From the NCBI RefSeq assembly GCF_006345805.1, contig NW_021833283.1, forward strand, positions 1 through 64,000: 64,000 nt of DNA, in the 5' to 3' direction. The first letter of the stretch is position 1. The number at the start of each line of letters is the position of its first letter. Shown here piece by piece: positions 55,303-64,000 of the stretch. The notes under the pieces are model-generated. The model searched no databases. It was not told the DNA's origin and saw only the letters and a program-made list of their open reading frames with translations. Position numbers and translations under genes: made by a program. The stretch is from Octopus sinensis (Eukaryota).

Positions 55303-55348
55303 GGCACCTGATGAAGGCTGGAGGGTATATCAGCCGAAATGTTGTGTT
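55303..55348 (+). ncRNA. Minimal type I hammerhead ribozyme motif (Penelope/retrozyme-like), probably degenerate
   Basis: Stem I GGCAC/GTGTT, core CTGATGA (55308-55314), stem II GGCTG/CAGCC with a 10-nt loop, GAAA (55336-55339), then TGTT where the palindromic CG-T-H is expected. Confidence 0.75.
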
Positions 55349-56559
55349 AACAACAAAGATGAGGACAAGTATCCATCAATTTTAAATAATGTAAATAAGG
55401 TAAATATTATGCTTGTATGTTTCAACACAGATAACTTTTACTTTGTTCTGTTTCTTTCACTGAGTACCCCCACGTGTGCTCGAGCAGATGAGTGGTCACT
55501 GGTCTGCTGATAAGGACAGTCTTATCACAATCCAATCACACCCAGCGATTTCACTGTTGTTTGATTGTTTATTTAAAAATAAAACCCACATCGGACAATG
55601 TAATCCCACATGCACTTCAAAACAACGGAAAGTTACGCATGAATGCTTACGTTTTAGTTCTACTAAGCCAGGGATGATCTGGAGCTATACTACAGCATCA
55701 TCATATTCTCCCAGCTACTAACGAACAATCCTCTATGCAACCGCCCTATTTGCTAGAAATAACAGCTATATGTGGGTGAGTCAAAGTTTTGGTCACATCT
55801 CTTTCATTTGTCAGTCAGTTAATTGTGGCTCTGAGGAAGAGAAAACCATGAAACTGTTTATTTTTAATCGGTCAACTATCGATTAATACGATAGAATTAT
55901 GGATTAACATAATTGAAATTCTAATACTTGATGAAAGCACATGCAAGTTAAAAAAATATTCGCCTTATCTGAGTCTGTTACATGTGAGTGTGAATGTTGG
56001 TAGGGGCGTGCCTGAGCGAATGAGGGTGTATAAATTGTGAATAGACTGTTACTTTTGAATATATGTACTGTATTCTCAAAAGCAGCAGTTCATTTACGAT
56101 TTATATACACCCACGCTCACACACGCACACACATACACACACACACTCACACACATGCACATAATATACACATATAATATATATATATATGTTACTGTAT
56201 ATATTTGTATTTTAATGTTTCACTAAAGACTGAACTCTTTGCTTAAATTTAGACATATTTCCATTACCTAAGGTTTCCTCCAAGACTGTCTGATTTGTTT
56301 ATTGTTCATTTCAAGATAAGAATTCTTTAGATTGCTTGATTGTTGGATTATATTCAAACTCAAAGTTATTAATTTCTGTGGAGTAAGACCTGATAGCCTT
56401 TGATTTTGTATGCTCCAAGATGTGCGAGAAACCGTGCTTTTCTCTCCCACCATGGTTAAAGAGCATTGCTTTTAGATCTCCTTTAAAATATAATATCATG
56501 ATTTTTAAAATCACTTTTGGGGCTAATAACTCCTTCACTCTGCTCCTTTGATTCTTTCA

Positions 56560-56840
56560 TTTCACTTTTCTTGTTGCCTTTATCTTTCTGTGTACAGTCC
56601 TTGCCTAATATTTCTGCTTCTGTTTGTACTTTCTCCTGCATCTGTTATTTCTTTTACTCTTTCTTTTGATCCTTTTCCACTGTCTCTTCTCTTTGTGTGA
56701 ATTCATATAAGGGACACTCGGTCCTTGTGTGTCCTCATACTCCGCATAGATAGTAATTCGGTCTCCTTCCTTCCACTACAACATTTAACGTCATTTCTTT
56801 CTCAACATCGATCTGGTAGGGGATTCCATCGATGTCTTCG
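56560..56840 (-). pseudogene. L1/Tx1-type ORF1 (zinc knuckle) remnant
   Basis: The minus strand reads EDIDGIPYQIDVEKEMTLNVVVEGRRPNYYLCGV*GHTRTECP, a decayed CX2CX4HX4C, followed by an E/K-rich stretch. Confidence 0.65.
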
Positions 56841-57497
56841 ATTGTGGCGACAAGCCACATTTCGACTCCAAATCCCCGCCATGTATTGTATGGATTGAGT
56901 ATAGGACTAAGAAAATACGTATCTGTTCCAGCTCTTTATGATCGGAACTCATATTTGCATGGGGGTGGGGGTCTACTTTGTTTCAATTCCTCTGGGATCG
57001 AACACACAAATGCTAATATTGATCTAATCTGTTAACCACTTTCCTGCCAAATATGTAACCTGTGCCATGCTAGAAATTATTATTGGTTACTTAGTCTTTT
57101 TTGAGTGAGAGAAGCGTTTAAGCACATCGCTAGTGCGACGGGTTTCATCATTTACGATAAATGCCAACCTCATTTCAAAGATAGGCATTGCCTTTCATTC
57201 TTTTGAGAGTGGACGAAACAATCTAAGGTACGTAGTTCTGATTATTGGCTGTTATATTTACGAAGTTCGTGACAAAGAAGATAGATAAGACATCATTAAC
57301 GCTGTTATTATGGTTGTGCAGTTGTCCCACGTGAATCCTGGTTGAACGGATTCAGGTGCAAAATTGCATCTACCGTAAGTATCAAGTCACTGTTTATTTT
57401 ATATCAATGACTACTTCCTCCTTCACAAACGCACATACGCACACACATACACACACACACACTCACACACATACACATAATACACACATATAATACA

Positions 57498-57726
57498 TAT
57501 TTCTTTATTACCCACAAGGGGCTAAACACAGAGGGGACAAACAAGGACAGACATAGGTATTAAGTCGATTACATCGACCCCAGTGCGTAACTGGTACTTA
57601 ATTTATCGACCCCGAAAGGATGAAAGGCAAAGTCGACCTCGGCGGAATTTGAACTCACAACGTAACGCAGACGAAATACCGCTAAGCATTTCGCCCGGCG
57701 TGCTACCGTTTCTGCCAGCTCGCCGC
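57498..57726 (-). mobile_element. SINE family C monomer, young
   Basis: Only about 3-4 differences from 12716-12945 by manual comparison. Confidence 0.93.
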
Positions 57727-58219
57727 TTTACATACATATAATACAGTATGCTATTTATGGGAGAGAGGTTGACATTTGTAACAAACTATGTTCTTCATAA
57801 GCATTTCGTCATTAATAAGATTTTCTATTATTTTTCATGTAACTGGAGTTGTTGTTTCCTTAAGATCAAGTCACCATCTTATTAACAAAGGACGCGTTGG
57901 ACAATGTGATTTTTGGCTGCACTATTTCAGTCAAAAGGCGAATCGGAATATCTTTTGCTGTAGGCCCACTCTAAGATGGCAACTTTTGACTGAAGATGAA
58001 AGATATTTGGCAGAATATCTAGCCATGATCAAGAACAGGTTGAAAATGAAAGGACTTTTAGCTGCAGTCCTTCGACATACACATGACTAGATTGAAATGT
58101 TCGCGTTGTTATGTTATGAGTATTGTCGTAGTTGCTATCGTCTTTGCCGATGACCCATTGAGGTTGTTATTACTCTTGCTTCCTCTGCATTATTTGTACC
58201 TTCCTTCATACATTCTTTT

Positions 58220-58285
<66 letters not shown>

Positions 58286-58304
58286 GTTATTGTTATTATT
58301 ATTA

Positions 58305-58335
<31 letters not shown>

Positions 58336-58397
58336 GTTGTTGTTGTTATTATTATTATTATTGTTGTTGTTATTATTATTATTATTATTGTTATTAT

Positions 58398-58881
58398 ATG
58401 TTTGACTTTTGCTTTACATTTGCACAAGCTGGCTCCAAGTCTCACCCAGAGACCTCAAGAGACAACCAGTTGGAGGTTCGTGTTGGTGTTATGCCTAGGG
58501 TGCCATATATTTGGTTTTGTTCTTAGTGTTGTACTAGTGAATGCCTAAAAAATACATACGAAAATTATGCTTGTTTTAAAACTTGAGATTACATAGAAAG
58601 TATTTTCCGTAGGATATTAGAAGTTCCCATGAGCACTATCTTTTGAATTTCTGCCATTTTGGGGTTTCCTGGTATCTGAGTTAGATAGCAATCAACCCCT
58701 TTTGCTTTCATTCCCAGGGCACCTATGACAACAGGTATTGTTTTAGTCTTCAGGTTCAACATGTTGCTGATTTCTATTTCCAGATCTTTATATTTGCTCA
58801 GTTTCTGGTAGGTTTTTACAGATACGTCTCTATCGATTGGAACAGTCATATCAACGAGGAGGCATGTTTTTGTCTGAAGTC

Positions 58882-58882
<1 letters not shown>
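58398..58882 (-). mobile_element. 5'-truncated R4/Dong-clade non-LTR retrotransposon (RLE domain plus 3' UTR) in (TAA)n
   Basis: LVDMTVPIDRDVSVKTYQKLSKYKDLEIEI..M...KT..IPVVIGALG...IQKIVLMGTSNILRK is the restriction-like endonuclease C-terminus. (TAA)n lies on both sides. Confidence 0.88.
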
Positions 58883-58963
<81 letters not shown>

Positions 58964-58964
<1 letters not shown>

Positions 58965-59510
58965 GAGTGAGAGAGCAGTGCATGCCATCAAAGTGACACT
59001 GGATTAAAATATACGAAGCCCAGTATACCCATCATGACTACCCGACCGATAAGGGAACACCAGGCACATGCATCACAACCATATGTGTGCGACATGGTGA
59101 TCTCATATGAAGATAAACAGCACATGACCTTGCAGGTGGGGCCCAGTTAGAATTTTGTTCTGGTCGAGTAACCTATCCCGCTCAAACGGTCCTTGAATAA
59201 AGGTTGTTTAAGGATGTTGAATGAAACACCTATGTTTCCAGAGGTGAATTATTCAAACTCCATAGAATCCCTCTCAACGCAAGGCTATGATGGTCCCCCA
59301 CTACTTCCGCTCGTGATCAGAGATGCACATATTGTCTGCCACTAAGGGACATGCTCAACTGGTAAAAGTCAAACAACTGATGAGCAAACTTGTGGTATTG
59401 AGCAGAATATTTGCTGTAGCCCATATTTTATACCAAGACAAAACAATGTACATGATAACACTTCCAAGCAGTTACGATCAGAGAGCCACTGCCTGGTACT
59501 GCATCAGGGC

Positions 59511-59512
<2 letters not shown>
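58964..59512. mobile_element. Unclassified ~550-bp element bounded by (TAA)n on both sides
   Basis: Sharp boundaries with ATT tracts at 58883-58963 and 59512-59800. No convincing ORF. Confidence 0.55.
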
Positions 59513-59595
<83 letters not shown>

Positions 59596-59665
59596 GTTAT
59601 TATTATTATTATTATTATTATTAGTAGTAGTAGTAGTATTATTATCATTATTATTATTGTTGTTG

Positions 59666-59735
<70 letters not shown>

Positions 59736-60183
59736 CATCATTATCATTATTATTATTATTAGTATTTTTGTTGTTGTTATTGTTATTATTATTGTTATTA
59801 CACTATTGTTAATTTTGTTGTCACTGCTATCGCCGGTTCTTACTGTTTGTTTTTGTAGTTCATTTTGTATTCTTTTTCTTTTCCTTTCATTACTTTATTG
59901 GTGATGTTGTCGTTGATAATTTTGAGGTGTCTCTGCTCTTTTGTTTCATTACTTTTTTTCTGATGTTTCTGCTGTAGATTTTGCTATTATTATACTTATT
60001 TCATTTTTGTTTGATTTTATCCTTGTTGCTCAAGCGTTAATATATTTTTTCACTCTCATTTTGGCCCATGCTAACCATATTCATATTGTTACTGTTGTTT
60101 GCATTATACTGTTGTTGCTCTTTACTTTTATTTCATATAATTGTAGTTCTAATACAGCCTATTATTATTATTATTATTATTAA

Positions 60184-60228
<45 letters not shown>

Positions 60229-60233
60229 TGTTA

Positions 60234-60285
<52 letters not shown>

Positions 60286-61446
60286 CATTGACGGTCATGC
60301 AGGCATTACATATTTTATTGTTGCAGATATAGTAATACTTGCTGACGTTGTTGTTGTAATTGGTGTTTTCATTTCATTTCAATATATAAAATATCATTTC
60401 TCATTTTAGTTCTACCATAAAGCAAAAAAAAAAAAAAAACCAAAAGTCAAACAAATATCAAAATATAAAAAAAAGAAACCAACAAAGTGTAATAGAATAA
60501 AAAACAAGAGAATCAAATATGGTCAAGAAATAAAAACAAAGAATCAGATGGAAAGTAATAAAACTACGTAAGGATATTTCTGTCAATTGGTACGTGTAAG
60601 TACGTATATACATATATGTAAATATATATATGTGTGTGTGGGTGTGTGGGTGTGTGTATGTGTGTGTGTTATATATATATATATGTATATGTATATGTAT
60701 ATATACAGATATATATATATGAACCTGTGTGTATATGTGTATGTTTGTATGTTGTGCGTATACGTTTTGCTGGTAGGTAGGTATGCAAGTATATGCAAAG
60801 TACGAATGAATATGCATATTTATTTCGTATAAGTATGTGCGTATCAGCCTGTATGCATATACACAGATATCTACACACATCTACGCCTATAATTCTTTCT
60901 GCTTCATTCTATTTTCTTTCTTTAATTTCACATACACATGCACACTAAGATTCACAAGCACTTTCACGTATGTATATATATATACATACATACAGTCACA
61001 TACACATGCACACATATGCGTTTCTGCATCTAAATCCATGTGTTTGTCTTGTGTGTGTGCATATGTGTGTTTATGTGTGCATTTATGTATTTATATATAC
61101 GTCTATGTGTATGTATGTTTGCATAGTTACAGAAAGCTATACGATATGACGGAAGCCGAAGCATTACGAGTCGTTACTCAGAGCATCTAGTTGCCTATTA
61201 TGAAAAATATAATCCGAAATTATCGTATATAAATGTACAATGACATAGTATGAGTGAGCATATGTTCAGACTTGTGCATGTTTGTTTCTGTGTGTATCTG
61301 AGTGTCTGAGTTTGTGTGCATGTCACGTGTAAATATATATCAATAAAAAATACTGATATATATTAGTATCACATATGTGGCATTGTTGCAAAAATACAAA
61401 CATATATATATATATACTTATATATATACATATATATGTCTGCATG

Positions 61447-61511
<65 letters not shown>

Positions 61512-62357
61512 TGTATGCTGTTTTATATATACATAAATTTATATTCATATGTGTATGTGTGTATGATTATATATAAAAACTTAGTGGTGTGTGTGTCTGT
61601 TTCTACGTGTGCATTCACATAAACACACACAAACACGTAAATTTATATGTGTTGGAATGAATGTTGGGGAAGGAAGTTGAAACAAAAGAAGTTGATGAAA
61701 TACGAAGAAACAATTTCACAATTCACGAGGTTTTCAATCTATATCACGGTGGACAGTGTCCATTTGTTATAGAGCAACGGTCACCTATTGCTTATAACAT
61801 TGTCAATATTTTACATTCTTTCACATTAAGCTCGCATGATTGTTTTTCCTCTCTCGCAGCCATTTTCTTGGGATTCGGCACTGTGTTTGTAGCTGAGATA
61901 ATGATGATGTTGATGATGTTATTGTCGGTGCTGGTGGTGGTTGCATCGATGATGGAGATTTTGATTGTGTTTGTGGACGTGGTCATGATGTTGTTGTTGT
62001 TTATGATGACAATGATGATATTGGATAGTTATGAAAAAGAATTGATAACATGTTATAGGACTTATGCGTATGTCAATATATGTGTTATTGTGTATACATT
62101 TGTGTCAATGTATATTTGCATTTGTGTTGCGCGAACATTGCATATATGTGTGCGTGTACATATATGAATAAATACATCTACATACATGTACACCCTTTAT
62201 AAAATATACTCGTGTATATATATTTATATATATATATATATATACACATATATACATACATGTATATATGTACATCTATATATATATACATTTATATATA
62301 TTATATATATATATATGTATATATGTATATATATGTGTGTATGTATATATATATATG

Positions 62358-62405
<48 letters not shown>

Positions 62406-62660
62406 CATGTACCTATATATATGTGTGTGTCTGTTTGAGTGTGTGTGTGTGCGCGTGGACCGGTGTGTGCCTGTGTGTATAATTGTTAAATTCTATTTGT
62501 GAGGGACTAACTGTCACTTTGTACGTGTACAGATATATTTTTATTTTCCGCTGAGCGATAATCTCTTTTCATATGCTGAATTCTCACTTGATTTCCTTTT
62601 TATTTAACTTATATAGCTATAATTTATTTTTTCGAAATACTTTTTTCTCATTCATCACAG

Positions 62661-62755
62661 GTTCGCATTACACGACCACATCTTCGTGTTCGGATTGTGT
62701 TTTATATGTTATTTATTTCATTTGTAGAGTTCAGATGATACTTCTTCGAAATGTG
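62661..62755 (+). CDS. Candidate exon (alternative acceptors ending at 62660 and 62727)
   Basis: Acceptors TTTTTTCTCATTCATCACAG and TTTCATTTGTAG, and a strong donor GTG|GTAAGA. Open as GSHYTTTSSCSDCVLYVIYFICRVQMILLRNV. Confidence 0.25.
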
Positions 62756-64000
62756 GTAAGACTATATTTCTAGTATTTCAGTTTCAAAAATTGTTGCTTT
62801 GTGTTTGTTAGCATAAACTTAACTGTTGCTACTCATTCGAATGGTGTCTCTGAGAAATGACCTGCAATGTTTTACTGTTTTATATACGCTCATTATTTGT
62901 GCTTACTCGTGCTTAAGCTTTTCCCACCAATAGAGTATAAATGATTCATCATTACAACGTACAATATCGTACAGTATGTGCCGCTGAAGGCACCTAAAAA
63001 TACCAGACCGCATTTGGCAGAATGGATAGGATAATACTTTTGATTGAGCTTATGTTGGCTTCTCCTCACTGAAAACATATTTCTAAAACGATTTTTATTG
63101 GTCTTTATACCAAATGTGATTGCATTACCTGACTATGCATTAGTAATGCTATGAATATCAAAGCCAGCTATTTCTGGAAGTTGAGAGATTTTTTTTTCAG
63201 CCAGACTATTGTAATTGACTGATTAGTGTGCAGTATCCATTTTATCGTATCCGATTTCTTTCTTTATATCAACTGCACTCTTCAAGATTAGCGCTACTGT
63301 TTAGTCATTTTAAATCAAGCCCTAAACCTATTAAAGTAATGAAATATATTTCGAATCGCATTATATCATTTCTGATACGACCACAATATTGCAACAACAT
63401 ATATTGATAGATTAGAGGAAATGTTTAGTTTTTATAAAAAAATTTTTATATGAATCTCTCAATTCTGATGATAGAAACTAGAGATTTTCATGAAATGCAG
63501 TTACTGTTTTAAAAACCATGAAAGACTAACCATTGAATGAATTTGTATTCAAAGTTACTGATACGATATATTAATATTGTTGGTGTGCATGAAGATTTTA
63601 TATGTTTTTGTTGAGGTTTGTTTTTCTGTCCATTCAAATGCCGAGGTAAGTGGAACAGACTGAGATTCATTGGGCATAAACGTTTACCCATATATATACA
63701 AGGTGTCACTTGAAGTTTATCACATATATTAGGTATGTAATATCAAATGTGATTACATGTGATATTGCAATAAGAAACCAGATGCAAGACATTCAATGCA
63801 AGTAAATGTGTATTTGATTTAGTCGTTTCATATCCTTCAAAAACTCTTTACGTAATCAACCCCGTAGAAATAAATGTCAGGTTCAACGTTGATGGGCTTC
63901 CAACTCAGAGAGTAGATGGGTGCCATACAATGCTACAAAATAACTAATTCTACTCGAAGTGCTACGCATTACCAAGTTATTCAACGGAGACTTTAAAATA

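Overview
AT-rich, microsatellite-dense animal genomic DNA. The repeat content (tRNA-headed SINE families, long TA/CA/ATC/AAT tracts) resembles an octopod cephalopod genome; this is an inference, not a database match. Nearly all supplied ORFs are translations of simple repeats, and I found no intact, recognisable protein-coding gene. Supported content: a degenerate Chapaev3-type (CMC) DNA transposon with sub-terminal inverted repeats and an intron-like insert; four multi-copy SINE families plus one single truncated SINE head, many with clear target-site duplications (TSDs); a canonical non-autonomous Helitron and older relatives; fragments of Penelope-like (GIY-YIG), RTE, CR1-group, L1/Tx1 and R4/Dong retroelements and of a Tc1/mariner; a minimal type I hammerhead-ribozyme motif next to an (AAT)n tract; and several fold-backs. 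A few small candidate exons (cadherin-like on +, hydrophobic/claudin-like on -) and many enhancer-like unique islands are flagged at low confidence. I cannot demonstrate a genuinely new biological system. The best leads are the hammerhead cassette, the modular and co-varying SINE architecture, the (TAA)n-embedded element cluster, the transposase intron and a possible micro-exon gene.
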